Positions 43,944 to 54,663 of a stretch of DNA of 64,000 nt are shown piece by piece. Below the pieces are notes generated by a model. It made no database searches. It was given only the letters and a program-made list of their open reading frames with translations, and was not told the origin of the DNA. The stretch comes from a phage: sequence record PZ452598.1. One strand, 5' to 3'. The stretch's first letter is position 1, and the number at the start of each line of letters is the position of its first letter. The translations under genes were made by a program, and so were the position numbers.

Positions 43944-44375
43944 TTAATTCAAAATAGCTACCACTGCACTACGAGGAACTACGGAGTACTCTCCAGCATG
44001 AACTACGTTCAGAAGTTCAACGCCATCTTCAATCCATTGGTCAGTTACCCAACCACCAATCGGATTCGCAAATGGACGACGAATGTAAACTGCCTTACAC
44101 AACAAATCAGTCGGGTCTTCAGGTTTTTCAATTTCTGTCAATAGATTAAAATCTTCTTCATAGATGATGAATGATGATACCCTTCCATAATAGTTTCTAA
44201 TTTCCATGTACACTGTACCAATGAGAATTCCACTATTAACACTAATGACAGTAAAAGGATATCCGCCAGTTGTACCAAGAAGTTCCCAAAATTTGCTATC
44301 AGTCGTATTCGACATTGTCTGAAAATCAATTTCAGATGGTTTTTTCATTTGATACGCAGTATTAATTTTAATCAT
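43944..44375 (-). CDS. hypothetical protein
   Basis: ORF track 143 aa; C-terminal half resembles the preceding ORF's C-terminus. Confidence 0.5.
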   Translation of the reverse strand: MIKINTAYQMKKPSEIDFQTMSNTTDSKFWELLGTTGGYPFTVISVNSGILIGTVYMEIRNYYGRVSSFIIYEEDFNLLTEIEKPEDPTDLLCKAVYIRRPFANPIGGWVTDQWIEDGVELLNVVHAGEYSVVPRSAVVAILN

Positions 44376-44385
44376 AATTTTCTCT

Positions 44386-44886
44386 TTAGTTTAAGGTAAT
44401 AAAGCCTTTTAGTTCGGCATAGGATTTACGGAACATTACTTGATGCCCGCCAATGATAACTTGGTCATCTGGTACTTCGTATACAGCAAGATAAAATCCT
44501 TTCGAAGCTAATTCTTCACGCTCTTCTCGTGTGAACCATTTCATCATATCATATTCGCTAGCAAAAGCAAAATGATAAAGAGCTACAAACCATCCGGGAA
44601 TATGATATTCTACTCCAACATAATCTTTCTTGAACTTAGTATTAATTACGATATTAGCATTTTTAACTAATAGTTTGTCTTCGTGCGGCACAGGAATTCT
44701 TTTATTATCATTACTATGATGCATAAAATTAGGTCTGTCATAACCTACATGTAATAACCACTCTTCACTCCATGAATCTATTATACTTCTATACGGCGTT
44801 ATTTGAACACAAAGATCTCGGCGTATTGTTATAGCGTCTTCATAATTAAGAATACTAAACGATGATTCAACACGATAAATTTTCAT
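44386..44886 (-). CDS. hypothetical protein (start trimmed to MKIYRVESSF)
   Basis: ORF track 179 aa; promoter-like element lies inside the track's N-terminal extension. Confidence 0.5.
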   Translation of the reverse strand: MKIYRVESSFSILNYEDAITIRRDLCVQITPYRSIIDSWSEEWLLHVGYDRPNFMHHSNDNKRIPVPHEDKLLVKNANIVINTKFKKDYVGVEYHIPGWFVALYHFAFASEYDMMKWFTREEREELASKGFYLAVYEVPDDQVIIGGHQVMFRKSYAELKGFITLN

Positions 44887-44913
44887 TTTATTATCCTCAG
44901 TAGCTATGGTGTT

Positions 44914-44943
44914 ATAGTACCACAACTAACCGAGGAAGTAAAC
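44914..44943 (-). promoter_or_regulatory. early promoter-like element
   Basis: GTTTAC, 18-bp spacer, TACTAT; between dexA and next ORF. Confidence 0.45.
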
Positions 44944-44949
44944 AACTTT

Positions 44950-45633
44950 TTATCGTTTTGTTGGAAGAGATAGAGGATCGCATTCTTCCTCTGATGGAGC
45001 ATCTTCAAGACCCATAGCATATCGCAAAGCATACTTCATCATCAGGATGTCTTTCGCACAGTCATGAATAGAATCATGTGCAACGAATCCATCTAAAGTT
45101 CCCTTTGGAAGAGGACACGTTGTCATATCACGAACAAGCAGAAGTGCTTCAATTCTAGTACGAATATCACGCTGATTCCAAAATTTACAAGGTTCTAACT
45201 TAAATGTATCAAGCTCATTCTCGGAAACGCCGTTAAGACGTTGAATATCGCGAATAAGATCGACTAAAATTGGAAAATCAAACGACATTCCACGGCACCA
45301 GCCTTGAGATTTCCAAGGATCGATATTATGTGCATTGATGTAATCATTAAATTTTGCAATACCGTCGATAGTGCTTACATCTTCATCGGATGGTGCAATA
45401 TTTTTTCGAGCTTCAGGAGATTGATTCTTCCACCATTCGATAGTACTTTTAGTAAAAAGACGGTGTCCTTTTTGGCTTTTTAAATCAAATTTGATTTTAA
45501 TGCCACGTGAAACTAATTCATCGAATGTTTCAACTACTTCTGGATTAGGGTCAAAAGCAATTACAGCCAAATCAATAACCGCTGCTTTTTCACCACTTCC
45601 CATTGTTTCAAAATCTATAATAAAATCAAACAT
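44950..45633 (-). CDS. dexA: exonuclease A, DnaQ-like 3'-5' exonuclease (227 aa)
   Basis: ORF track 227 aa; Exo I motif FDFETMG. Confidence 0.88.
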   Translation of the reverse strand: MFDFIIDFETMGSGEKAAVIDLAVIAFDPNPEVVETFDELVSRGIKIKFDLKSQKGHRLFTKSTIEWWKNQSPEARKNIAPSDEDVSTIDGIAKFNDYINAHNIDPWKSQGWCRGMSFDFPILVDLIRDIQRLNGVSENELDTFKLEPCKFWNQRDIRTRIEALLLVRDMTTCPLPKGTLDGFVAHDSIHDCAKDILMMKYALRYAMGLEDAPSEEECDPLSLPTKR

Positions 45634-45890
45634 TAAATTTTCCTCGCTAAATCACGAATTTGACCTACAGTATAGTCTTGAATATAAACTTTATTAATAG
45701 GCTCATCAATAAATTTTGCCATAGATTCAATATCTTTTTGTATTTCTTCAAGACTGTATACTATCTTTGAAGCTTTTTCGCGAATAGTGATATTTTCAGG
45801 ACCCGGATTTTCTTGAATGACAACTTTAACATTTGTCATAAGAGATTTAAACTGGTACCAACTTAATTCAATCATTAATAATCGCCTCAT
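45633..45890 (-). CDS. hypothetical protein
   Basis: ORF track 85 aa. Confidence 0.5.
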   Translation of the reverse strand: MRRLLMIELSWYQFKSLMTNVKVVIQENPGPENITIREKASKIVYSLEEIQKDIESMAKFIDEPINKVYIQDYTVGQIRDLARKI

Positions 45891-46128
45891 AAAGATAGCT
45901 AATTTCGCCTAAAACATAATCATTGATTGTAACAGTTTTAACTTCACCGCAAAAGAATTCTAACGCAATTAAATCTCGTTCAATTTCTTCTAATTGAAGC
46001 ATCAACTTACTAGATTCAATTTTTACAGTTTCACGATTTTTGCTATAAGCTATTTCATAAATTTCGCTTACTTTATCTTGAAGAAGATAAAACTGATCTT
46101 TAGTTATTTCCACGAATAGCTTCCTCAA
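45868..46128 (-). CDS. hypothetical protein (paralogous to preceding ORF)
   Basis: ORF track 86 aa; similar length and C-terminal pattern to 45633..45890. Confidence 0.5.
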   Translation of the reverse strand: MRKLFVEITKDQFYLLQDKVSEIYEIAYSKNRETVKIESSKLMLQLEEIERDLIALEFFCGEVKTVTINDYVLGEISYLYEAIIND

Positions 46129-46134
46129 ATTTAA

Positions 46135-47454
46135 TCATACATAAAACACATCATAACGACCACGGGTGACACCAACATAAAGAAGTTGTTGAGCTAATTC
46201 AGCATCTGCATAATGAATACAAGGCGTATAAATGAAAGCACGGTCTACAGACATACCCTGCGCTTTATGGAATGTTGATGCAGGAAGTGCTTTCACTTTA
46301 CTAAACTGTGATTTAGCATCCCAAAAATCACTCCACGGAGCTTTTCCGCCTTTGTTCCAATTTTTATAAGTTTCTGCTGTTTTACCTAAAAATAGGTTAA
46401 ACTTATACAATTCTTCGTCAGATGAAATTATTTTAATCTTTTCACGATAATATTCATCATCGCCATAAGTTTCTACTGTTAAATCCCAATGACGAATTAG
46501 ATATTCTCCAGGAACACCACGGGCTTTAACAAACGTTGATGTATACTCTGCTTCTATAATACGAACTAATTGTCCGTTATTAAAAATAATTTCTGACACA
46601 GGCTTTCCATCAATTTTATATGTTTTAATTAATGGTTCCTGCATTACAATAATTTCACCGACAATAAAATCTTTATCAGTTTCAAAAATCTTTTTACGAA
46701 TAATGCTATTTAACTTGTCAACAGATTTATTCGTAAATGCCATTACGCGATTTTCAAACAAATCATCTAGTGATTTGACGATTGAAAAATAATTTACCAT
46801 AAAATCGCGTAAAGCGGTATCACCAGTAAATCCACGTACTCCATGCCCGTCAACAACTTTATCATAAATCCACTTACCGTTGCGAACGTCAGTAGCTACA
46901 TCAATAATAGGAGCATTACTGCGTTTAACTTCAGTGAGTTCACACTGATAAAAATCTTTATGTGTAAAGAATGGACTGATATAAGCAGTATTTTCTCCTG
47001 GGTCAACAGGTCTGATTTGCTTATTATCCCCTATTCCAATTATAGTACACCAAGGTGGAATAGTTGAAAGCAGAATTTTAAATAGCTTTCTATCATACAT
47101 TGACACTTCGTCGCAGATTAATACTCTGCATTTGGCTAAATCAGGTACTTCTTTTTGTTCAAAAAGAACATTTTCTTCATATGTTACTGGGTTAATTTTA
47201 AGAATACTATGAATAGTACTCGCTTCTTTCCCTGATAGTTTTGAAAGAATCTTTTTAGCTGCATGTGTAGGAGCTGCTAAAATAATACCAGTTTCACCCG
47301 TAGATATTAAAGCTTCAATGATGAACTTAGTAAGAGTAGTCTTACCGGTACCAGCAGGTCCATTAATAGTTACATGATGTTTCTTTTCTTTAATAGCCTT
47401 CATAACAATGTTAAAGGCATTTTTCTGGCCTTCGGTCAAATCATCAAATGTCAT
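46135..47454 (-). CDS. dda: Dda SF1B DNA helicase (439 aa)
   Basis: ORF track 439 aa; Walker A GPAGTGKTT. Confidence 0.93.
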   Translation of the reverse strand: MTFDDLTEGQKNAFNIVMKAIKEKKHHVTINGPAGTGKTTLTKFIIEALISTGETGIILAAPTHAAKKILSKLSGKEASTIHSILKINPVTYEENVLFEQKEVPDLAKCRVLICDEVSMYDRKLFKILLSTIPPWCTIIGIGDNKQIRPVDPGENTAYISPFFTHKDFYQCELTEVKRSNAPIIDVATDVRNGKWIYDKVVDGHGVRGFTGDTALRDFMVNYFSIVKSLDDLFENRVMAFTNKSVDKLNSIIRKKIFETDKDFIVGEIIVMQEPLIKTYKIDGKPVSEIIFNNGQLVRIIEAEYTSTFVKARGVPGEYLIRHWDLTVETYGDDEYYREKIKIISSDEELYKFNLFLGKTAETYKNWNKGGKAPWSDFWDAKSQFSKVKALPASTFHKAQGMSVDRAFIYTPCIHYADAELAQQLLYVGVTRGRYDVFYV

Positions 47455-47762
47455 CGTAAATTCCCTGCAATTGGTATACTAACAATACGCCCAGTATCTA
47501 AAATTCGCTGATATAATCTTTGCGTGTCTACGTCAGGCTTAACATGTTTAACTTCTATTTTATTAAACCAAAATTTACGTGGAGTCTCAACTAATCTTGG
47601 AATTCCCTTACCTAAAGCTAATCGATACTGCTCTTTAAGAGTGGTAAATACTTTATCAGCAATCTTCCATTCAAAAAATACAGCAGGACGATGTTCATCA
47701 AGCGGAACTGGCGCTGTAAATCCGTCTTTGTCTCGGTAAACTATCGCATATACATAAACCAT
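47451..47762 (-). CDS. hypothetical protein (dda.1 position)
   Basis: ORF track 103 aa. Confidence 0.5.
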   Translation of the reverse strand: MVYVYAIVYRDKDGFTAPVPLDEHRPAVFFEWKIADKVFTTLKEQYRLALGKGIPRLVETPRKFWFNKIEVKHVKPDVDTQRLYQRILDTGRIVSIPIAGNLR

Positions 47763-47763
47763 A

Positions 47764-48510
47764 TTATCCTCGGATAAGTTTAAAAATTGAACAATTTAGC
47801 GGATATCCTCTTTTCAGTTTAAGTTTATCAATAAAAGACAAATTTTGATACCGCTCTACACCTTGAATAATTTTATCACACATATCATATTGCATTTCTG
47901 CTTCTGACAACTTTTTCACAATTTTCCAATCCGAGCCTTTAAGAAGAACGTTCAATTTAACAACTTCAGCGCCTTCTGCTATGCGAGAACCATCAATACG
48001 TGCTTTAAGTGCTATAATTCTCAGCTTAATGTCAGAGGTCTGTTTTGATTTAGAAAGCTGAGAAATGTGTTCAATTCGATTTTCACGTTTTTTCTGTATA
48101 GCTTTAATTTGATTATAAGTCTTTTTGATTTTAGCCCATTTCTTTTCATCTAAATTTAGTTTATGAACTTTTTTCGCAGATGAACGACCAATTCGCAAAG
48201 CAAATAAATCACGCTTTTCAATCAACTCTTCTAAAGTATAATCAGAACGAAATGTATTATACTTTTTCTTTACTGCAATAACATTCCCTTTAATGTATCC
48301 AACGTTATTATCAAAACGTTCTAATGATAATTTCTCTCCTTCAATACGATTATCAAAAGGTTCTCCCGAGTAAGCACAAACTTTTTGATCTAAAATGTTC
48401 TTAATGTAATTGAAGTCTAAGTTAAAATCTTTAGAACGTCTTTTTGCAGATGCCTGAGTATGCTCTAAACGACGTTTAATTTTACGAATTTGGTTATTAG
48501 ACAGCTTCAT
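47764..48510 (-). CDS. srd: hypothetical basic protein; position fits T4 srd
   Basis: ORF track 248 aa; assignment by order and approximate size. Confidence 0.5.
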   Translation of the reverse strand: MKLSNNQIRKIKRRLEHTQASAKRRSKDFNLDFNYIKNILDQKVCAYSGEPFDNRIEGEKLSLERFDNNVGYIKGNVIAVKKKYNTFRSDYTLEELIEKRDLFALRIGRSSAKKVHKLNLDEKKWAKIKKTYNQIKAIQKKRENRIEHISQLSKSKQTSDIKLRIIALKARIDGSRIAEGAEVVKLNVLLKGSDWKIVKKLSEAEMQYDMCDKIIQGVERYQNLSFIDKLKLKRGYPLNCSIFKLIRG

Positions 48511-48546
48511 ATTTTTCTCACATCTTACGGACGGTTAACTACTTAT

Positions 48547-48576
48547 ACTATAACATTTTTACTTTAACTTGTAAAC
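48547..48576 (-). promoter_or_regulatory. early promoter-like element upstream of srd: GTTTAC, 18-bp spacer, TATAGT
   Basis: read on minus strand. Confidence 0.45.
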
Positions 48577-48632
48577 AACTTTATGAAAAATGCTTTAAAA
48601 CTTTCATGGTATAATGAATCTAAGTCCTTCCA

Positions 48633-49235
48633 TTATAGATTAAATCCTTCAAAATCAAGAGTATAGATAGTGTATGTTGAACACTTTTTATACTCATATC
48701 TATCTGCAATTCTAAATACACTTCCAGCTGGTATCATTACTTCTTGTTCATCTGAAACTAATTCCATATTACGATAACGATGACTATCCGGAAACTTAAA
48801 GTTTGGATTGTATTCTTTACAGCGTAGAGCTTTTATAGCATACTCCTGGAAATTGAATACCATAGGAGCTTTGAATTCAAAAATAACTTGTGTGTTATAC
48901 TCTAAACCAGAAGCAAAATGTAGAGCTATATTTTTATCATATGAAGCTGATACGACTTTATCAAATGTAATAATATCAATTCCTTGATTTAATACTTGTT
49001 TAGTCTCAGCTGGAACACCTCTCCAAAGAGGTTTATCGTTTGGAACCAAACGAGATTTGATTATTTCATTTAACCAAGAATGGTCATCTGGTTTATTAGT
49101 AATACAATGAATTAAAAGTTCAATTTCAGATAAATTAAACCCTTCAGAAAGTAATTCTTCACGAATAGAAGCACGCACCGATGCATCCATTGATTTTATT
49201 TTAAAATCTTTTAGTTGCATTACTGAGTATTTCAT
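48633..49235 (-). CDS. modA: ADP-ribosyltransferase ModA (200 aa)
   Basis: ORF track 200 aa; R-S-E-type motifs (WRGV, SASYD, EQEVMIP). Confidence 0.75.
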   Translation of the reverse strand: MKYSVMQLKDFKIKSMDASVRASIREELLSEGFNLSEIELLIHCITNKPDDHSWLNEIIKSRLVPNDKPLWRGVPAETKQVLNQGIDIITFDKVVSASYDKNIALHFASGLEYNTQVIFEFKAPMVFNFQEYAIKALRCKEYNPNFKFPDSHRYRNMELVSDEQEVMIPAGSVFRIADRYEYKKCSTYTIYTLDFEGFNL

Positions 49236-49855
49236 TCAACTACCTCAATATCATAAACTTTAAATGTTCCAAATGAATCGTGTAATTTTTCTTTTGAAAT
49301 AGAAGTTATTTTATACTTTCCAATTGGAATCATCCATTCTTGTTCACGCACAATCATCATTAAGTTATCAGTACGCTCTGAATCTAATCCATCAGTATCT
49401 TCATACGTGTACTTAAACTCAGTATTAGGAGAAGAAAGTATAATATCGCTGATATGGTCAGAATAATTAAAAGCTTTATCAGTTTTTAAACGAAGTATTG
49501 TTTCAGTGAAATATTCAGCATAAGAAAAAGAACACGCTGTATGCAAACTAGTAGTAAATGAATCTACCCTGTTCGTTGAAAACACTTCTCCAACTTGTAA
49601 ATCTTTAATGAGTTCTTTTGTCGATTTTGATATACCACGATATAATTGATAAGGCGATTTAGTTAAATGCTTTTTAATGATTTCATTTAAATGCTTATGA
49701 AGAGCTTCATTCTTTTTGGCTTCCATACATTGCCAAAGAACAGACTGCTCAAAGTCAGTAAATTTTTCACAGACCTTTTTATACATATCATATTGAAAAT
49801 CAACGCTTTCAGCTTTTATAGATAACTGTTCAACATCTGCAAGATTAATAATCAT
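49232..49855 (-). CDS. modB: ADP-ribosyltransferase ModB (207 aa)
   Basis: ORF track 207 aa; paralogue of ModA (YRGI, STN, EQEWMIP). Confidence 0.75.
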   Translation of the reverse strand: MIINLADVEQLSIKAESVDFQYDMYKKVCEKFTDFEQSVLWQCMEAKKNEALHKHLNEIIKKHLTKSPYQLYRGISKSTKELIKDLQVGEVFSTNRVDSFTTSLHTACSFSYAEYFTETILRLKTDKAFNYSDHISDIILSSPNTEFKYTYEDTDGLDSERTDNLMMIVREQEWMIPIGKYKITSISKEKLHDSFGTFKVYDIEVVE

Positions 49856-49922
49856 GATAGCCTCCGTATACTTCAGAAGCTATCATATCATCGTTAGAAA
49901 GGAAAGTAAACAACTTTTTGAA

Positions 49923-50105
49923 TTATTTTGCCCAGGGAGCCCAAGGCGGAGGGTCAAGATGGTATGAAGCTAGTTCTTCTAGAAGAGCATCTGGGGCTTC
50001 AATTCCATAATTCTGTAATACTATACGGTACTCTTTCTTATAATCACTAGAATCATTCTGGTTATTCGTAGAATGATTATCTTCTAACATCTCAAATAAA
50101 TCCAT
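49923..50105 (-). CDS. hypothetical acidic protein
   Basis: ORF track 60 aa. Confidence 0.4.
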   Translation of the reverse strand: MDLFEMLEDNHSTNNQNDSSDYKKEYRIVLQNYGIEAPDALLEELASYHLDPPPWAPWAK

Positions 50106-50113
50106 ATTAATTC

Positions 50114-50584
50114 CTAGCGATAAAAACCAAATTTACGATTAGTTTCAATGATCTTTCTTTCTTCTTCGGACATTCTCCAGCGTAGTCCAACATCAAAATG
50201 AGCCCAGACCATCCTAACAAATGCATTTATATCTTTAATATCTTCAATAATGAATGTTTTACTTTTAGAAGGTTGACTCGCTAATTTAACTTTATCGTCT
50301 TCAAACATGTCAAAAAGACCATATTCATGAGCTCTTTTATAGCCTTTAATAGTTAAAGCTTCAGAAGAAGAAAATGGTGAATCTGTATTCTGCAAAATAT
50401 CTTCAGTATGCTTTATAATTAGAATAATATTTTCTGGATATTTTCTTTCTTTTATATCTTTAATTAAAAAATCCGGATTTTCTGCTAAAGGAATAATTAA
50501 TGAGCAATTTTTATCAAGTGTATTTACTGATTTACCTTCTTTAGACATAAATTCTATTGAATATAATTTTGCTACTTCAATCAT
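50114..50584 (-). CDS. hypothetical protein
   Basis: ORF track 156 aa. Confidence 0.5.
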
Positions 50585-50737
50585 GTGATTTCCTTTTGCC
50601 TACTAATGGACCGTCAGGAATTTTATTTTCCTGGATATATTTCTCATTTTCTTCCATCATTTTACTGCCAATTTTAAGAAGCAAATCCATTGCTTCATTT
50701 GCTTTTGCTTTAGCTTCTTCTAACGTCATATCTTTGT

Positions 50738-50941
50738 TCATGATTTATCACCATAGATGTCTCTCATCAATTTAAGCGCTGAGCGTTCTAGTTTCTTTTC
50801 TTTCTCAGCACTAATCATTGATTTCATCCATTCTTCTGATTCATTCTGCATTTCTTTATTTGCTTGTTCAACCCAACCGTCATCAATATACATTGAGTTT
50901 GGTCTATTGAACCATTCAAGCATCTTCTTCAGAACTTTCAT
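50738..50941 (-). CDS. hypothetical protein
   Basis: ORF track 67 aa. Confidence 0.45.
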
Positions 50942-51413
50942 TCGTTTTACCTAAAACAATAGTAGGAGCATCGTCAAATTTATGAATTTTTAGCAAATTT
51001 GGATTTAAATTATTCCATAAAGAGGTAATAAAATATGATAGCGCACTTTCGTCCGTAATTATAAATTTATTTCCTTTATCTATTTTCCAATCATATATTG
51101 AATCATATGAATAGAAGGATAACGGTTTATTATTATAATATGCTTCAGCAACATCAATATAGTTAGATTTAGTAAATGCTTGAATTGCCATAAATGGAGA
51201 ATTTTGTACAGTTTCAATAATTCCGATCTTTTTAAGTTTTATTTCAACATCTTCTGGAATTGGCATTGAAATAAAATCTTCTACTAGATACATATTATTG
51301 TCATATCTTTTATCAATCATTACTGCTACAGTAATTGGAACATCCTTGACAAACGCCATACTAATACTATTGATAGACATTTCAAACAAAATTGCTTCCA
51401 TAATTTTCCTCAA
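50916..51413 (-). CDS. hypothetical protein
   Basis: ORF track 165 aa. Confidence 0.5.
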
Positions 51414-51751
51414 TCACAAGATGTAGATGAACAACTAGAATCACAAGAACTTCCACATGAATCACCTGCCCATACATGAACAGGAACATTAGTATCATAT
51501 GAATCAGAACTAGACTGTGTATTCTGTGTGTTAGATGATGTAGTAGGTGTTGACCAGCGCCAAGGATTTTTATAATATTCTTGGGCTTCTTCATAAGTCA
51601 TAGTAACTGCTTCTACTGTTCCATCTCCCATATAAACATATTCAACTACAGTTAAAGGAAGGTAGTCATTTGAAATAGGAACTACACCTTCCCCAGGAGT
51701 TGTAGAGAAAAAATCCGTAAAGAAACTTTTAAACCAATTAAAGATAAACAT
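51410..51751 (-). CDS. hypothetical protein with Cys/Ser-rich C-terminal tail
   Basis: ORF track 113 aa; tail ...[15 protein letters not shown]. Confidence 0.5.
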
Positions 51752-51957
51752 TACAAAAAGCCTCTTTTGAATTCGACTTGCTTCTCACCATAATCATATC
51801 GAATCTCTGCATTAAATTCGACAGAACCATCTGCGTACATCATAAATGAATGCACAACAACTTCTGTAGACCATGGTTGTAGTTCATATTTCTTCATTAC
51901 ATGTCGTGAAATGATAATATCTAAATCTTCATTTGGTTTAATCCAACGATTTAACAT
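51751..51957 (-). CDS. hypothetical protein
   Basis: ORF track 68 aa. Confidence 0.45.
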   Translation of the reverse strand: MLNRWIKPNEDLDIIISRHVMKKYELQPWSTEVVVHSFMMYADGSVEFNAEIRYDYGEKQVEFKRGFL

Positions 51958-52029
51958 AGTACTCTCCTCTATAAGATAATTCTATTATACCATACTCATT
52001 TTGGAAAGTAAACCATTTAAATGAAAAAA

Positions 52030-52047
52030 GGACTCCCGAAGGAGTCC
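52030..52047 (-). terminator. rho-independent terminator after soc
   Basis: hairpin GGACUCC-UUCG-GGAGUCC then UUUUUU on minus strand. Confidence 0.6.
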
Positions 52048-52055
52048 TTGAGTTA

Positions 52056-52298
52056 TTAACCAGTTACTTTCCACAAATCTTCATTTGCAGCAATCCATTC
52101 AGTACGTTGATTTTCTTCATATACTGTAGAATATGCTGCTTTTTCTGAAGGGAATGTCTGGTAATGAGCGCCAGAAATTTTGTGAACGTCAGAATAAAGA
52201 GGGAAAGCTACAGAAATTTCCTTTCCTTCAATTTTCTTATTTCCATCTAATTTCTGCTCAAATGTTTTGATATTAACATAACCGCGAGTACTAGCCAT
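52056..52298 (-). CDS. soc: Soc small outer capsid protein (80 aa)
   Basis: ORF track 80 aa; late promoter upstream, terminator downstream. Confidence 0.88.
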   Translation of the reverse strand: MASTRGYVNIKTFEQKLDGNKKIEGKEISVAFPLYSDVHKISGAHYQTFPSEKAAYSTVYEENQRTEWIAANEDLWKVTG

Positions 52299-52327
52299 GT
52301 AATTCTCCTTTATTTAAATTACATGAT

Positions 52328-52335
52328 TATTTATA
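52328..52335 (-). promoter_or_regulatory. late promoter TATAAATA for soc
   Basis: exact consensus on minus strand about 30 nt upstream of soc ATG, overlapping segF stop. Confidence 0.55.
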
Positions 52336-53020
52336 CATCTTCTTTTCTGAATAAGTAAATTAAATTCTTAAGAGCCGAACTTGTTACATCATATTTTCCT
52401 TTAAGCGCCTTTACAACCGGGCCTGTTGCTGGTTTACCTAAAGAAACCCATAACTCGTGTATTTCGCTTTTAAGTGGTTCATGCCAATGCGGTGCTTTTC
52501 TTTGCGCCCTTGAAGTTCCTTCTGAAATCTTTTTATTTCCGCCATTCGAATAAAACTTTTTCATTACTTCAGATTGCCGAGCTTTTCTTTCTGCCCTATT
52601 TTGGGCTATACGTTGTGAATTCTTCATCCGAGTTTTTGTTTCAGGATTGTTTAATCTAAGTTTATGTTCTAATCGTTGTTGCTCAGTCCATTTTCTTCCT
52701 TCTCCACCCTGACCACCAGGAGAAATATTAATGCAAGTATCTGGGTGTTTACGTTTTAATGCAGATATTAGCTCACGTTCAACTTCATATGATTTTTCTC
52801 TAGAACCATGGCATTTTGACCATCGTATTTTATAATTAAATCCATACTTACGATATATGTTCCATAGTATTTTACCTGAACCCGGATATTTATCATTATA
52901 TGGATTTACAATAAATGATTCATGTTTCCCAGCGTACCAAAAGACGCCTTTCGGCGTCCTAACTTTTACTATATATGTTCTATAAAATTTTTGTTTAATA
53001 TCCATTATCTTGACGTTCAA
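52331..53020 (-). CDS. segF: GIY-YIG-type homing endonuclease-like protein
   Basis: ORF track 229 aa; position between 56 and soc as T4 segF; true start may be an internal Met. Confidence 0.65.
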   Translation of the reverse strand: MNVKIMDIKQKFYRTYIVKVRTPKGVFWYAGKHESFIVNPYNDKYPGSGKILWNIYRKYGFNYKIRWSKCHGSREKSYEVERELISALKRKHPDTCINISPGGQGGEGRKWTEQQRLEHKLRLNNPETKTRMKNSQRIAQNRAERKARQSEVMKKFYSNGGNKKISEGTSRAQRKAPHWHEPLKSEIHELWVSLGKPATGPVVKALKGKYDVTSSALKNLIYLFRKEDV

Positions 53021-53510
53021 AATTATGTTTGTTCTTCAGATAATAAAGTTTAAAGATTTCTTCCGCATTCATTCCAAGGCCAACAAACATATTTAATACG
53101 AAATGAAATATATCCACAAGCTCAAATTTAATTTCGAGCTGGTCTTCGGGGGACATTTCATCAATGCGTTTTTCTTGCGCTTCAATATAACGTGCTTTCC
53201 ATTTTTTCCATACAGCAGAAGCTTCTTTTTCACCACGTGACATTTCACCAAGAGAAGTCAGAAGTTCGCGGAATTCATCATCAATACAGTCTTTTTGTTC
53301 ACGCATCCAAGAAACAACATCACCGGCAGTTTCTAATTTATCTGGATGATAGCAGTATTCGCGGACATTAGCCAAACGAATCTGTAAAGACCGCTGCATA
53401 TCAAGCATAACTTGCAGCGGATCTTTTTCATCACCGAGAATATCCCAGTATTCATTTTGAGCTTTATCAACACCTTCGATCAAATGAGCACATTCATTAA
53501 AGTGAGCCAT
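52995..53510 (-). CDS. 56: gp56 dCTPase/dUTPase (171 aa)
   Basis: ORF track 176 aa trimmed to MAHFNECAHL... Confidence 0.82.
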   Translation of the reverse strand: MAHFNECAHLIEGVDKAQNEYWDILGDEKDPLQVMLDMQRSLQIRLANVREYCYHPDKLETAGDVVSWMREQKDCIDDEFRELLTSLGEMSRGEKEASAVWKKWKARYIEAQEKRIDEMSPEDQLEIKFELVDIFHFVLNMFVGLGMNAEEIFKLYYLKNKHNFERQDNGY

Positions 53511-53570
53511 TAGTTTTCCTTTCAATTCATTAATAAGTTAAATAATTATATCATTTGAGTATGTAAGCAA

Positions 53571-54359
<789 letters not shown>

Positions 54360-54462
54360 TCATTTATTGCAGCAAAAATGAATTATACAATTCTTCATCA
54401 TATGTATTTGATAGTAATACTAACACGTTTTGCGATAAATATTAATTTAAAGGAGGATATAT

Positions 54463-54663
54463 ATGGTACAAAAATTAATGGCACTTGTTAATGCCATAAA
54501 AGGTAATAAGAAACGTATAGCTTTTACTATTTCTGCTATGGTAGGAATTTTACTCTGGAACTTTATTTTATCACCTGTTGCAATTGCACATGGTGTTAAT
54601 ATTCCAGTAGTTACTCTTGATACATTCGTAGATTTAGCATTTGCTTTAGTTGGGTTAATTTAA
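54463..54663 (+). CDS. small hydrophobic protein on the opposite strand to flanking genes (66 aa)
   Basis: ORF track 66 aa; strong SD AAAGGAGG 6 nt before ATG; 3' end overlaps gene 61 stop by 4 nt. Confidence 0.4.
   Translation: MVQKLMALVNAIKGNKKRIAFTISAMVGILLWNFILSPVAIAHGVNIPVVTLDTFVDLAFALVGLI

Noticed and set aside
48592-48616. MotA-box-like TGCTTTA plus TATAAT on the plus strand, pointing into modA antisense
   Set aside because: Spacing is about 14 rather than 16 nt, no plus-strand gene follows, and the same bases form the minus-strand srd early promoter region; probably a fortuitous A/T-rich match.
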